Source: Azolla caroliniana
Lineage: Eukaryota > Plantae > Polypodiophyta
NCBI GenBank assembly: GCA_043228905.1
Contig: JBHGNT010000004.1
Location: forward strand, 16,182,001-16,246,000
Reading direction: 5' to 3'
DNA: 64,000 nt
The notes beneath the pieces were generated by a model that saw only the letters and a program-made list of their open reading frames with translations, did not search any database and was not told the DNA's origin. This document shows positions 12,159-26,149 of this stretch, piece by piece. Made by a program: the position numbers and the translations under genes. Numbering within the stretch: position 1 is the stretch's first letter; the number at the start of each line of letters is the position of its first letter.

Positions 12159-15100
12159 ATGGACGAATCATTTGGTGGCATGTTCAAGCTCACCGGCTCC
12201 AACTATTCAGTATGGAAGTCGAAAATGAGGGACATGCTCGTTGTTAAAGACCTCTGGCTGCCGGTTCAATTCGGGGACAAGAGACAGGACAAAATCAACG
12301 CCGCGATATGGGAGGTGATGCACATGAAGACAACGGCGTACATACGGTGCTTCATCGACATGAGCCTGTACAACAACTTCAATGAAGAGAGCAAGGCTCA
12401 TGAGCTCTGGGAGAAGATCGGCATAATGTTTCAGAACAAAAATGCTGTCAATCAGGTGTCGGTATTCCGAGAGCTAGTAAGACTCCGGTACCAAGATGGC
12501 TCCAGCATGGCGGAGCACATGAATGCCTTCCAGGGGCTGATCCATCAGGCAACATCTTTGGAGGTACCTCTCGCCGATGAGGTACTAGCACTACTCCTGC
12601 TCGGTTCCCTCCCGGATAGCTGGGAGACGTTGGTTGTCACTTTGGGCAACGCCGGGCCGGAAGGAAAACAGTTATCCCTAGCAAGAGTAAAGTCGAGCTT
12701 GCTAGATGAGGAGGCGCGTCGGAAAGACAAAGATACGAGCTCGGACTCCAAAGTGCTTCTTACCGAATCGGAACGTGGAAGACATAGAAACCGTAGTCCC
12801 CAGAACCGGGAGAAATCGGGGACACGGTCAAAGTCAAGGGGGAGGCCAACTTGCTTCTATTGCGGCAAGCCGGGACACTTCCAAAAGAACTGTCGGCATT
12901 TCCGTAGAGACAAGGAAACCGACGGTACTGATTCAAAGCAAACCCCGGATCGGAACGGTAAAGACCGTAGGGGGCCGGACCGGAAGGGAACGACGGCAAT
13001 CGTGGCAAGCGAAGAAGAGTTGATGCTCATCACCAAGGAGAGTGAAATAAACCTTGCCGGCGACGAGATGACCTGGGTGGTAGACTCCGGAGCATCGTTC
13101 CATCTTACCCCGGACCGGAAATGCTTCTCATCCTATTCAGCCGGTGATCACGGCTGTGTCCGGATGGGGAATGAAGGAACATGCCGAATTGTCGGCATAG
13201 GAGACGTGTGGCTGACAACACCAACCGGATGCAAGTTGCTGCTGAAGGATGTCCGACACGTTCCGGAGGTTCGTCTGAACCTGATATCAGTCGGTCGGCT
13301 AGATGATGAAGGCTACACGGGTAGCATCCGGAACGGTGTCATGAAGTTCAGCAAAGGGAGCCTGATTGTGGCTCGGGCCCGGAAGGTAAACACACTGTAC
13401 CTGATGAATGCCCGGTTATGTCCGGAAGAAGTGAACGTGGCTTCCGACACTGCCGGTGAGCTGTGGCACAAGAGGCTATGTCACATGAGTGAGAAGGGGA
13501 TGAAGAGGCTTGCAGACGACAACCTCATTCCAGTGAAGAACGTGCACTTAGAGAAGTGCACTGATTGTCTGGCCGGTAGGCAGAACCGGACCTCCTTCCG
13601 ACCAAGGCCACCGATGAGACGTAATGCACCACTGGAGTTGGTGCATACGGATGTGTGTCAAGTAGACACGAAGTCACATGCCGGAGCGCAGTACTTCGTG
13701 ACGTTCATAGATGACCACAACTGGAAGCTGTGGGCCACACCGTTGAAGACAAAGGATCAGGTGTTATCCATCGTCAAAGAGCTCCACGCGAGAGTGGAAA
13801 GAGAAACCAGCCGGAAGCTGAAGGCGGTTCGAGCAGATAACGGAGGAGAGTACCGGGGGCAGTTCGAGGAGTACTGCCGCTCGAAGGGAATCCGGCTCGA
13901 ATTTACCGTGCCGAAGACGCCAGAACTAAACGGACTGGCCGAGAGGATGAACCGGACCATAATGGAGAGGGTCCGGAGTATGCTAGCGCATGCAAAACTA
14001 CCCAAGAAGTTTTGGGCTGAGGCATTGTCGACGGCGACATACGTGATAAATAGATCACCCTCAGTGCCCTTGGACGGAGACACGCCACAGAGAGTGTGGA
14101 CCGGTAAGGAAGTATCCTACCAGCATCTGAAGGTGTTCGGGTGTCTCGCGTACGTGCATGTAACAAAGGACCGGAGAGGAAAGTTAGATCCAAAGACCCG
14201 GCCATGCATATTCCTCGGTTACGGTGACGATGAGTTTGGCTACCGAGTGTGGGACCCGGTCGACAAGAAGGTGTTCCGGAGTCGAGATATTATCTTCATG
14301 GAGGACAAGACGCTCGCCGACTGGGAGTCGGAGAAGAAGATAATGAACTCCGAGTCGACCGGTAAGGATAGACTCTACGATGAGCAGACCCAACCGGCAA
14401 GAGACCGGTTAGCACTCGAGGAACCAGCCGGTTACGGTGAGGATACCGAACCGGCAGAAGAAGAAGTAGAGGAAGCTGAGACCGGAACCGGTCAAGACCC
14501 CGAATCGGATTCAGATGAAGAGCAAATGGAGGAGCCGGTTACCGAAGCCCGAAGACGTAGATATCCTCTCAGAGAGAGAAGGGCGCCCCGAAGATTTCCG
14601 GATGCAGAGCATGTTCTGCTGACCGATAAGGGGGAGCCGGAAGACACCCACAACCAAAAATGGTTAAGTGCCATGCAGGATGAGATGGATTCCCTGCATG
14701 AGAACCATACGTACGAATTGGTGGAGTTGCCGAAAGGAAAGCGGGCACTCCGAAACAAGTGGGTGTACAAGTTGAAACCGGGAGATGCCGGCAACCCCCC
14801 GAGATACAAAGCCAGGATCGTGGTGAAGGGGTTCCAGCAGAAGAAGGGCGTGGACTTCGACGAGATATTTGCCCCGGTAGTAAAGATGACCTCCATCCGG
14901 ACGGTGCTGAGTATAGCAGCAAGCATGGACCTCGAGGTAGAGCAGCTGGACGTGAAGACGGCATTCCTTCACGGCGACCTCGAAGAGGAGATCTACATGC
15001 AGCAACCGGAAGGATTTGTGGAGAAAGGGAAGGAGCACCTGGTATGCTGGTTGAAGAAGAGCCTGTACGGACTGAAGCAGGCTCCCCGGCAATGGTACCG

Positions 15101-16156
15101 GAAGTTCGACTCCTTCATGACCGATCAAGGGTACCACAAGACGCAGGCTGATCACTGCGTGTTTGTGAAGAAGTTTGAAGGAGGGGACTTCCTAATACTC
15201 CTCCTGTACATGGATCACATGTTGATGGTCGGACGGGAGCAAGTCAAAATACGGATGCTGAAGAAGGCTCTCAACCGGCAAGACAGATGCTGGGGATGCA
15301 CATCATTCGGGACCGGTCAGTGAAGCAATTATGGCTGTCACAGGAGAAGTACGTGACAAAGGTGCTTCACCGGTTCAACATGTCAGATGCGAAACCGGTC
15401 GGATCGACACTTTCGGCAAACTGCAAGCTATCCGGCAAGCAAAGCCCGAAAATGAAAGGAGAGAAGGCAGATATGATGAAGATTCCATATGCCTCTGCCG
15501 TCGGGAGCTTGATGTACCCAATGGTTTGTACCCGACCGGACATTGGACACGCAGTTAGAGTGGTGAGCCGGTTCATGAGTAATCCCGGCAAGGAGCACTG
15601 GAACGCAGTCAATTGGATACTCCGGTGTTTGAAGGGCACTTCAAATATGTGTCTCCGATTCGGCTCCGAAAAACCTCAACTGGACGGTTTCACCGATTCG
15701 GACATGTCGGCTGATGTGGATACCAGCCAGTCTACATCCGGGTATGTAATGACATATGCAGGGGGAGCTGTTTCGTGGCAGTCGAGGTTGCAGAAGACGG
15801 TTGCATTGTCAACCACGGAGGCGGAGTACATGGCGGCTGTGGAAGCCGGCAAGGAAATTTTATGGATGAAGGACTTCATCGGAGAGCTCGGTATACGGCA
15901 AGAGGAATACCGACTCTATTGCGACAGTCAAAGTGCCATCCACCTTGCTAAAAACGCGGCCTACCATTCCCGGATGAAGCATATCCAGTAGAGGTATCAC
16001 TGGATCCGGGAAAGAGTAGATGACCAGGAGTTCGCACTGACGAAGATCGACATGGCCGAGAACGGGTCAGATATGCTGACCAAAGTGCTGACACCCGACA
16101 AGCTGGATGCCTGCCGGAAGAGAATCGGACTGGTAAGACACCCCATGCCGGAGTGA
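12159..16156 (+). pseudogene. B1 gag-pol polyprotein, disrupted
   Basis: ATG 12159; CCHC knuckle, DSGAS protease, DDE integrase, RT, RNase H; RT YVDD changed to YMDH, frameshifting deletion ~15277, 7-codon deletion ~14643, stop 15989-15991. Confidence 0.93.
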
Positions 16157-16166
16157 AGGGGGAGTT

Positions 16167-16920
16167 TGTTGGGAGACAGGTCCCTCCGGATGGGAAGGGA
16201 GAAGAATAGTGCCGACGAACAAACTCGGCCGAGGCCGAGGCCGAGGCCGAAACCGTATGAGGAGTACCCGGCTACGGAGAGCCGGATGGTGCAGACCCGG
16301 TGTGGACCGGATGAGTAGTACCCGGCTACGGAGAGCCGGATGATACAGGCCCAGTGTGAACCGGATGAGGAGTACCCGGCTACGGAGAGCCGGATGATAC
16401 AGGGCCGGTGTGAACCGGATGAGGAGTACCCGGCTACGGAGAGCCGGATGGTGCAGAACCGGAGGAAGAGACATATTCGTAAATATGTTTCTGAGAGCCC
16501 ATCAAGGCTATATTTGTAAATAGCCGAAAAGTCATATTAGTATAAATATGACTTAGGGCAAACTTTTATGTGTTGCTGTCATTTTTCTTGTTGGTGCAAG
16601 AAGAAGAGACAGTACGTAACATTGTACAGAGAGAGAGAGAGAAAGAGGTCGATGCCTCTGTTGTAACCGCCGCCTGTGGCGAAGATCGTGAGTCCGAGGT
16701 CGTTGCCTCCGTGAACTTACTATTTTGTACATTCTTACATAGTGACAGTTTGCAACCTGTGGGCTGCCGTGGTTTTTCCCCTAGTTTGGGGTTTTCCACG
16801 TAAACCTCCTATGTATCTTCCTCTTCTTTTTGTGTCGTGTTCTATTTCCCTTTTTCTGTGTGTCAGTCTAAGCTCGGTTGTGGCCGAGCGTTGCGCATAA
16901 GGAACGATCAGTTCCCGTCA
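16167..16920 (+). repeat. B1 3' LTR (754 bp) with four 54-bp units
   Basis: Near-identical to 11321-12128 but one repeat unit shorter. Confidence 0.95.
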
Positions 16921-19900
16921 ATAACGAGTACATGGCGCATCACTATGCGTACATGAGGAAGTTGGCGGAAGTGCGTGAGCAGGAGAGTTACGCGGAAGCG
17001 AGATAAGACACACAATGGTGTGCCGCTATGGAGGAAAAGATGTGGGCACTTGATGCCAATGACACATGGGACCTGGTTGACCCTCCCCGACATTGCAAGC
17101 CGATTGGTTACTAGTGGGTGTAGAAGGTAAAGTATAATTTTGATGGTTCGGTCAACCAGTACAAGGTCTGGTTAGTGGCGAAAGGATATGCGCAAACCCA
17201 CGGAATCAACTACAACAAGACCTTCGCTCCGGTAGCGAAGATGACGATGGTTCGTGTGGTGCTGGCATTTGTTGCGTCAAGGGGGTGGCATCTTTACCAA
17301 ATGGACATAAAGAATGCGTTTCTTCAAGGCGGTCTTGAAGAACAGGTTTACATGATCCAGTCCCCCGGATTTCAGTCTAGAATGAATACATTGGCAGTGT
17401 GCCAATTGAAGAAGTCTCTCTACGGATTTAAGCAAACCTTGCGCACTTGGAACGCGAAGATCACGTAGAGAATGTGTCGGATGGGGTTTGTTCCGTCGAA
17501 ATTGGACTCTTTACTGTTCATCTGGAATGGTCCGGATGGTCCAGTATGTATCCTGTTATATGTAGATGATCTAGTCATCACCGAACCCAGTCTCTGAAAT
17601 CGGTCGAGTGAAGTCCCATGTGTCAGATGCATTCGAAATGAAGGACCTAGGAGACCTTCATTACTTTGGCACCCCCAACGGCATATTGCTCTCTCACCGA
17701 CACTATGTGTTGAATATGTTGTACAAGTTCGACATGACCAATTGCCGACCAGTCTCCACACCCCTGGACCGGAATCTGAAGCTTCGTCCTAACTCCAGAC
17801 CGGCTTGCGATGAGAAAAGATTCCGAAAAATTGTCAGAAGCCTTATATATTTGACCATCACCCAGTCCGACATTAGCTATCCAGTCAATTTATGCCAACG
17901 CTGACCGTGGAGCACCTTCAGTGCGCCCACCGAATACTGAGGTATGTTAGTGGCACTAAGGACCGGGGACTGTTATATTGACATGGTATAACCGAAAAGC
18001 TAGTTGAATATACGGATGTCGACTGGGCCGGTGATGCGTCGAATCCTCGGTCCACATCTGGTTACATGTTTTGGGATTTCGGTCCCTCTAGATGAGATCC
18101 AAAGGAGCCGGATTGGACGAGCCGAAGAGGAATCGGACCAGATGAAGCAACTGGACTGAACCAGAAGGTATCTTGATGGATCCGGTGTGAACCGGATCCA
18201 GGAACATATCTGCAAATATGTTTCTGGTGTGCTTGTAAAGGTTATATTTGTAAATATTCTTAAAGTCATATAAGTATAAATATGACTTAGGGCATTTGTT
18301 TCATAAGGTTGTTGTTGGTAGTTGTATCATAGTTGTACAAAGAGAGAGAGAAGAGAAGTTCTCGGGTGGCGAAGATACAGAGCTCGAGGTCATTGCCTCT
18401 GATTCTCTATTGTACCTCCTTTCTCATATAGTGATAGTTGGAGTATGTGGGCTCCCGTGGTTTTTCCCTATTAGGGTTTTCCACGTAAACATCCTGTGTC
18501 GTCTCTTCTGTGTAAGTGTAGGAATCTCCATTTCTGTTTTGTTCTTTCATAAAGTGTTTGAGTCTCGGTTGTGGCCGAGCACTATTTCGCACAAACTGGT
18601 ATCAGAGCGAACAAGAAAATGGAAGAGTCATTCGGAAGCATGTTCAACCTCATCGGCTCCAACTACCTAGTGTGGAAGTCGAAGATGAGGGACATGCTTG
18701 TGGTCAAAGATCTCTGGCTGCTGGTACAATTCAGGGACAAGAAACTAGACAAGATTGATGCCACAACATGGGAGGTGATGCACATGAAGACAACGGCATA
18801 CATATGGTGCTTCATGGACATGAGCATGTACCACAACTTAAAATGAAGACAGTAAGGCTCATGTGCTCTGGGAGAAAATCGGCACCATGTTGGAGCGCAA
18901 AAACGCCGTAAATCGGGTTTCGGTATTCCAGAAGTTAGTGAGACTCTGGTACCAGGACAGATCTAGCATGGCGGAGCACATGAACGCATTCCAGGGGTTT
19001 ATAGATTAAACAACTTCTCTTGAAGTACCTCTGGCCGACGAGGTACTTGCATTGCTCCTGCTCGGTTCCCTCCCGGATAGTTGGGAGACGCTAGTTGTCA
19101 GTTTGGACAACACCAGGCCGGAAGGAAAGCAGTTGTCCTTAGCAAGGCTAAAATCAAGCTTGCTAGATGAAGAAGCTCACCATAAGGATTGGGAATCCGG
19201 AACCGACCCGAACACCTTGGTTATAGAAGATGACCGTAACCGAGGAAGAGGCTGAAATCGGAGTTCCCAAAATCGGGACAAATCGAGGACAAGGTCAAAG
19301 TCAAGGGGGAGGCCTACTTGTTTCTATTGTGGGAAGTCGAGACACTTCCAGAAGAATTGTCAGCATTTCTAGAAAGAGAAAGGGGCCAACACCACTGATT
19401 CGAAGAAGAGTTTGGACTAGAGAGGTCCGGTTCGGGCAGATAACGGAGGTGAATATTGGGGGCAGTTCGAGGAGTACTAGCGGTCGAAGGGAATCTGGCT
19501 CAAATTCACCGTGTCGTAGACGCCGGAATTGAATGGGTTGGCTGAACGGATGAACCGGACCATAATGGAGAGAGTATGAAGCATGCTAGCACATGAAAAG
19601 TTATCCAAGACGTTTTGGGCTGAGGCATTGATGATGACGACGACATACGTGATTAACAAATCACCCTCAACGCCCTTGGAAGGAGACACACCACAGAGAG
19701 TATGGATCGGTAAAGACGTGTCTTACCGGTATCTGAAGGTATTCGGTTGTCTCGTTTATGTGCATGTTGCAAAAGACAATAGAGGAAAGTTAGATCCGAA
19801 GTCCAGACCATGCATATTCCTTGGATATGGCGATGATGAGTCCAGCTACCGAGTATGGGACTTGGTCAACAAGGTCTTCCGGAGTCGAGACATAGTCTTC

Positions 19901-20565
19901 ATCGAAGACAAGACTATTGCCGACTGGGAGTTGGAGAGGAAGATAGTGCACTCCGGGTCGATTGATCGGTCATAAAATGCAAGAATACATCCGATCGGAA
20001 ACCGGATATCAGCCGAAGATTATGATGAACCGGCCGGACTCGGACAAAGAACCAGACCGACCGAGGAAGAAGCTGACACTGAAACCGGAAAAGACCCCGA
20101 ATCATATTCGGATGAAGAACAAACGGAGGAACCAATAGTTGAAGACCAAGGATGGAGATACCCTCTCAGAGAGAGAAGAGCCCCCCAGAAATTTCCAGAT
20201 GTAGAGCACGTATTGTTGACCGATGAGGGGGAGCCGGAAAGCTTCGAAGAAGCAAAGAAAGACACCCACAACCGCAAGTGGTTGAGTGCCATGTAGGACG
20301 AGATGGATTCCATGCATGAGAACCACACATACGAATTGACGGAGTTTCTGAAAGGAAAGAGGGCACTCCGAAACAAGTGTGTGTACAAGCTAAAACCAGG
20401 AGACGCCAGAAATCACCAAGGTACAAGGCCCAGATTGTCGTGAAGGGCTTTCAACAGAAGAAAGGAGTGGATTTCGACGAGATCTTTGCCCCGGTAGTAA
20501 AGATGACATCCATCCGGACGGTATTGAGCATAGCGGCAAGCATGAACCTCGAGGTAGAGCAACAA

Positions 20566-23500
20566 TGTTGGGAATGTCGTCTTCTAATGCGGAACAAGGT
20601 CAACACTCTTCTTTGATAAGATCGTAAATGGATGCAAGATCATAGCTTTGATGGCAGCAAAGACAGAAAAGTAGTTCAACTAGTATGCAAGAGAGAGAGT
20701 CAGGTAGGCACAATGTCAATGAAGTTTATTACAACCTTTTTACAAAATGACCAACCAACCTGTAACTGGGTTACAAAGTCAGTTTATGTACTGATTTTCC
20801 CTAAAATGACACAGTCCCGAATGAAATGATATCGAACATCGATATGCTTGGAGGCGTTGTGTTAAACCAGACTTTTCAACAGAGCAACAACACCCTAACT
20901 ATCACTGTAAACAATTGGAGCCGAGCCATAAGGCCTCTTTTGCCACATCGAAATGTGTAGGCGAGCCGACCGAGCCATAAGGCCTCTTTTGCCACATCGA
21001 ATGTGGCTACGTATTTGGCCTCAGTCGTTGATGTCGCGGTACACTCCTGAAGTTTCGATTTCCACAAGATCGCTCCATTGCTGAGTTTAAAACAATATCT
21101 GGTTGTCGATTTACGACTGTCTATGCAACCTACAAAGTCCGAGTCGGTGTATCCGACTATGCCTGAGATGTCGTTCAGGCCGAATTGAATACCAAGGTCT
21201 TTTGTGCCCACTAGATATCTGAACACATGCTTGACTGCATTCCAATGCAATCGCTAGGATTGTGCATAAATCAGCTGACGACTCCAACGGCATGAGCGAT
21301 ATCAGGCCGTGTCGTGACCATCGCGTACATTAGGGAGCCAACTGTCAGTGCATAAAGTACTGACTTCATAATTTCCCCCTTTGGACCGGACCTTGGGCAG
21401 TCTCACCGAGACAGTCGAGTACTAGTAGGAAGCGGAGTAGAAGCAGATTTTGCCAATTGCATGTTGAAGCGTTCTAAGACATGTCCAATGTAGTCAGATT
21501 GGGACAAAAACAATTGTCGTTGATTACGATTCCGACTAATCTTCATACCAAGAATGTGTCATGCTGGACCGAGATCCTTCATGGGAAACGTCAACCGTAG
21601 TTGCCGAACGAGTTCGGTGAGTTTGCCTGCATGGCGTCTAGAGATTAGCATGTCGTCCACGTAGATGATGAGGAAGATGGGTGATCCATCTCGAGCTGTC
21701 TTCGTGAAGAGACAATGGTCCTCATCACTCTTTGAGAAACCGATCGATTGGATGAAGTCGTCGAACTTCTTGTACCACTGTCATGGCGCCTGTTTCAGGC
21801 CGTAAAGACTCTTCCTAAGTCGGCAGACTAGATGTTCTTGGCCGGATACCACGAAACCTTTTGGCTGCTCCATATAAATTTCCTCGTCAAGATCACCATG
21901 GAGGAAAGTTGTGTTGACATCTAGCTGAATCAACTTCAAATTTTCGGTTGCCACTACACCGAGCATGAATTGAAGGGTTGTCATCTTCACCACTAGCGAA
22001 AAGATTTTGACGAAATCGACACTGTGTTCCTGTCAAAAACCCTTTGCTACTAATCTGGCTTTGAATTTTGGGCTAGCCAAATCGGACTTCTCCTTAATTC
22101 GATAGACCCACTTGCACGGAAGAGCATGTCGATTTTTCGATAATTCGACCAGGTCCCAAGTCTTGTTTGCGTGAATGGAGTTCATTTCGGACTCCATTGC
22201 CAGATGCCAGGTGGCCAAATCGACTGACGTAGATTCTTCTTCGTATGATGTCGGTTCTTCGGCGTCCATAAAGAAGATGCTAGGAGATGTCAATTCTTCG
22301 TATCTCTCCGGGGGTTGTGACAGTCTCTCGGATCTTCGAGATATGATTGGAGTAGTCGCATCAAGTGTCGTGGTCGGATGTGCCGAGTCGGTGTTTGAAG
22401 GTTCAGCTACCCATGAAGCTGACCATGTGTTGTGCGCTAGGCCTTCGTGAAGGGTCAACACATCAGAAAAAATTACCCTTCGGACTTCGATCGGCTTTTC
22501 GACCGATTGATGCATGGCCGACTCATTGAACACGATGTCCGAACTTCGGACGATCTGTCTATGTTCGGGGTCCCAGAGTCGATATCCCATTTTGCCATAT
22601 GTTCCATAACTAAGGAAAATACATTTCCTGGACCGTGGTGCAAGTTTGCGGCGATGATCTTTCGGGACGAGGGCATACGCCTCACATCCGAAAATACTCA
22701 CCTTGTTGTAATTCGGCTTATTGTCGGTCCATAATTCCTGAGGTATCCGAAGTCCCAGAGGCCTACTCGACAACATATTGATTATGTGTGTTGTCGTAAG
22801 TAGGGCCTCTGCCCAGAAGCCATCCGACAGTCCAGAGTGTTAGAGCATGGAAACTATCCGTTCTTGAATCGTCTGATTCATTCGCTCGGCAATTCCATTC
22901 TGCTCCGAACTATGAGGTGCCGTAAATTCACGTCGTATGCCACATTGTTGGCAAAAATTGACAAATTCCTCTCATTTGAACTCTCCCCCATTATCGGACC
23001 GAAAGCTTTTCAGTTTTCCGCCGGACTAATTCTCAACCATGGCGAGCCAATCGGAAAAGATCGAGAAAACACGATCTTTGGTTTTGATCGGATAAGCCCA
23101 CACCTTCCGAGTCGAGTTGTCAATGAAGTTGACGAAATACAGAGCACCATCGAGGGATTGATGTGCCATAGGGCCACATACGTCCGAGTGGACCAAATCG
23201 AGCGGACTCGATTCTCTCGGGGCAAATGAAGGGTGTGTTACGGCTATCTGCTTGCCGTATTGGCAATGCTCGCAAAACTGATGATCTGAGAAAGAGAGTT
23301 TGGGGATGTATCCGGCTCTAGATAAGTGTGTGATTTCGGCCATCTTGAGGTGCCCGAGTCGTCCGTGCTAGAGTGATGACATGGGAATGTCAACCAAAAA
23401 CAAGTCACCCTCTCTGAGTGTGATGTGCAAAGGGTACAATGAGTGTATCTTCGGTCCTCGAGCAAGTAGGAGGTTCCCTCTGTGGAGCGTCCACTCTCCT

Positions 23501-25585
23501 GATGAGAAGCCATCACGGAGGCTGTCTTCATACAATTGTCCAACTGAGATCAGTGGACTTGAGAGCCCATGTACATGTTGGACATTGCGTAGTACTAATG
23601 TAGAGCCACCCACAAGGTTGAGCTCTACCGTGCCGATTCCAACAATGTCGCAGTGTTGCGAATTTCCTACTCAAACAAAGTCGGAATGTCGGGCCGTGTA
23701 TTGCCGAAATTGAGATCGATGAGGAGTCACATGAAAGGATGCACCCGAATCTAAGAGCCACGTGCTCGATTCTTCAGTTGTAAGCAGAACTTCTTATTCG
23801 AGTAGGTTCTCAATTGATAGTATATTCAGGTCGTTTGTCAATACTTCGGCCGAAGAGCCGATGTAGTTGATCTCCTCGTGTCGGCCACTCTTCTGCTCGG
23901 CTCGTTGAGCCTTATTGTTTTTGGTCTTTAATGCACGACAATTGGCTTTGATATGTCCAGGTTTCTTGTAGTAGTTGCAGACTCGATTATCCCAGGACTT
24001 CCTCCGACTTCGCTAATTATTCAGCTGCCATGAAGAACTTCTTCCACAGCTGTTCGATCGGTTGGTCAAACATTGTACTACGTAAGCGTTGTCGGCTGAA
24101 TCGTTAGCAAATGATTTTCTCTGAGCTACTTCAGTCAGAATTGCACTCGTGACTAAGGAATACTTAACGGTAGTTGTCAACGCATTGCACACGGTTGTAT
24201 CGAAAGTTTCCCACAAAGGAGGGAGAATACTCATGAGCAGCATTGCTTTTAGTTCATCTTCGATAATTGTCCCTTGGGTAGAGATTTGGGAGCTTAAGCT
24301 TTCATACTTGTTCAAGTGTGCTTGGACCGAATCGAACTCTTTCATCCGAAGGTTATAAAGGTGCCAAATCAGGTATATCTTGGTGGCGGCGACCTTCTTT
24401 TCGTAAGTGTCCGAAAGTGTCTTCCATAGTTGGAAGGCAGTCGAACATGATTGCACTGTGAAGTACACAGACTCTAATAGGTGCATCCGAATGGTGGCTT
24501 AGAAGATTCTGTCGAGCTTCTCCCATTCAAGCGACTTGTATCCTTATGGAGGGTCTTCATTCTCAATGGGGTCAATTTGCCCCTTGACTATTAGATAGTC
24601 TTGCATCTGCTCCTTCCAGAAGTTGAAGTTCAATCCGTCGAACTTCGGTAGACTCATTTCTGATGAGCCGGATGCTGAAGCCATCTATGTTGGTATAATA
24701 GACTTTGTCCGGAGTTAGCTACAAACTGTGGTGGAGTGCAGCAGCCTGGCTCACTCGATGTCGTTCTAGCTGAAGTTGAACACAAGTCGTGTCAATTACG
24801 AATATTGATTTTTTCGAGACAGACCGATCCTGTTTCGGTTAACTGCAACGATGAGAGGGACGGATCCGACTGGTCCTCCCGAATGTCGTTCAGTCGAATG
24901 AAACATAGGTTGCGGTTGCCCCTAGGGTCGTGTTTGCTTTAGGTGACTACGACGAGTAGGAGAAGAGTGTCAAATGACCTATTCGAATTCCGCCTAGCCG
25001 AGTGAAGCAACGATTTGGCATAGTCAAGATATAAGTCTCACTCCGAGCAGCTACGATCACATAACCAAGAGTAACCTAGAACAATAGAGTGCAGACTTCG
25101 TCACGTTTCTCTTTGCGTAAACAATCTTGTTGTAGGTTGCCTGTCAAGATCAACTAAGATTTTCAGGATACACAAAGGAGAGTTGTCGATGGAGACTACA
25201 TAGAAGGCGACATCAGAATCAAACAGAAAGCCAGGCTCTGATACCAAATGTTGGGAATGCCATCTTCTAATGCGGAACAAGGTCAACACTCTTCTCTAAT
25301 AAGATCGTAAATAGATGCAAGATCATAGCTTTGATGGCAACAAAGAAAGAAAAGTAACAACAACTAGTATGCAAGAGAGAGAGTCAGGTAGGCACAATGT
25401 TAATGAAGTTTATTACAACCATTTTACAAAATGAGCAACCAACCTGTAATTGGGTTACAAAGTCATTTTATATATTGACTAACTAAGGGCAACTACCTTC
25501 TCACTATTTACATAAATAGCCTAAGTCTGATGTGTTTAGAAAAGGAGACAGTGTGAATACGTCCATTAGAAACCCGTATTCAACA
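20566..25585 (-). mobile_element. Copia C (Tnt1/Tork-like), degenerate, nested in B2 RT
   Basis: 5' LTR 25249-25585; PBS TGGTATCAGAGCCTGG 25231-25246; gag ATG 24684; ORFs 24013-24486, 23026-23343 (VHSDVCGP), 22033-22776, 21781-21993, 20876-21250; partial 3' LTR 20566-~20795; degenerate TSD AACAA/AATAG. Confidence 0.9.
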
Positions 25586-26149
25586 AATAGGACGTCAAGA
25601 CGGCATTCCTACATGGCAACCTCGAAGAAGAGATCGACATGCAGCAACCAGAAGGATTTGAGAAGAAAGGGAAGGAGCACCTGGTGTGCCAATTGAAGAA
25701 GAGCTTATACAAACTGAAGGCAGCTCCCCGACAATTGTACTGGAAGTTTGATTCCTTCATGACCGACAAAGGGTACAACAAGACGCAAGCCGATCATTAC
25801 GTGTTTGTGAAGAAATTCGACGGAGGAGACTTCCTGATACTCCTACTGTATGTGGGCGACATGTTGATCGTTAGACCGGACCAAACCAAAATCGAAAATA
25901 TGAAGAAGGCTTTGAACCAGACATTCTCAATGAAAGATTTGGGTCCGACGAGACAGGTACTGGGATACACATAATCCGGGATGGGTCGAAGAAATTGGTA
26001 TGGCTATCACAGGAGAAGTATGTGACAAAGGTGCTTAAATAGTTCAACATGTTGGATGCGAAGCCGGTCGGGTCGACACTTCCGGCAAACTGCAAGTTGT
26101 CCGGAAAGCAGAGCCCAAAGACAAAGTCAGAGAAGTCGAATATGATGAA

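Larger units (their letters stand above)
11321..16920 (+). mobile_element. Full-length Tnt1/Tork-like Copia B1 with two LTRs and TSD ATAAC
   Basis: 5' LTR 11321-12128, 3' LTR 16167-16920; ATAAC at 11316-11320 and 16921-16925; PBS TGGTATCAGAGC 12131-12142; PPT GAAGGGGGAG 16155-16164. Confidence 0.97.
9865..18066 (+). mobile_element. Copia family A copy A3, internal region (integrase to RNase H start), split by B1 and cut by B2
   Basis: SVGEIVDQGMQV..WHKRIGHIN (9845-10084), NRTLVEAARAML (10437-10856); resumes at 16926 (EYMAHHYAY) and RT 17175-17904. Confidence 0.88.
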
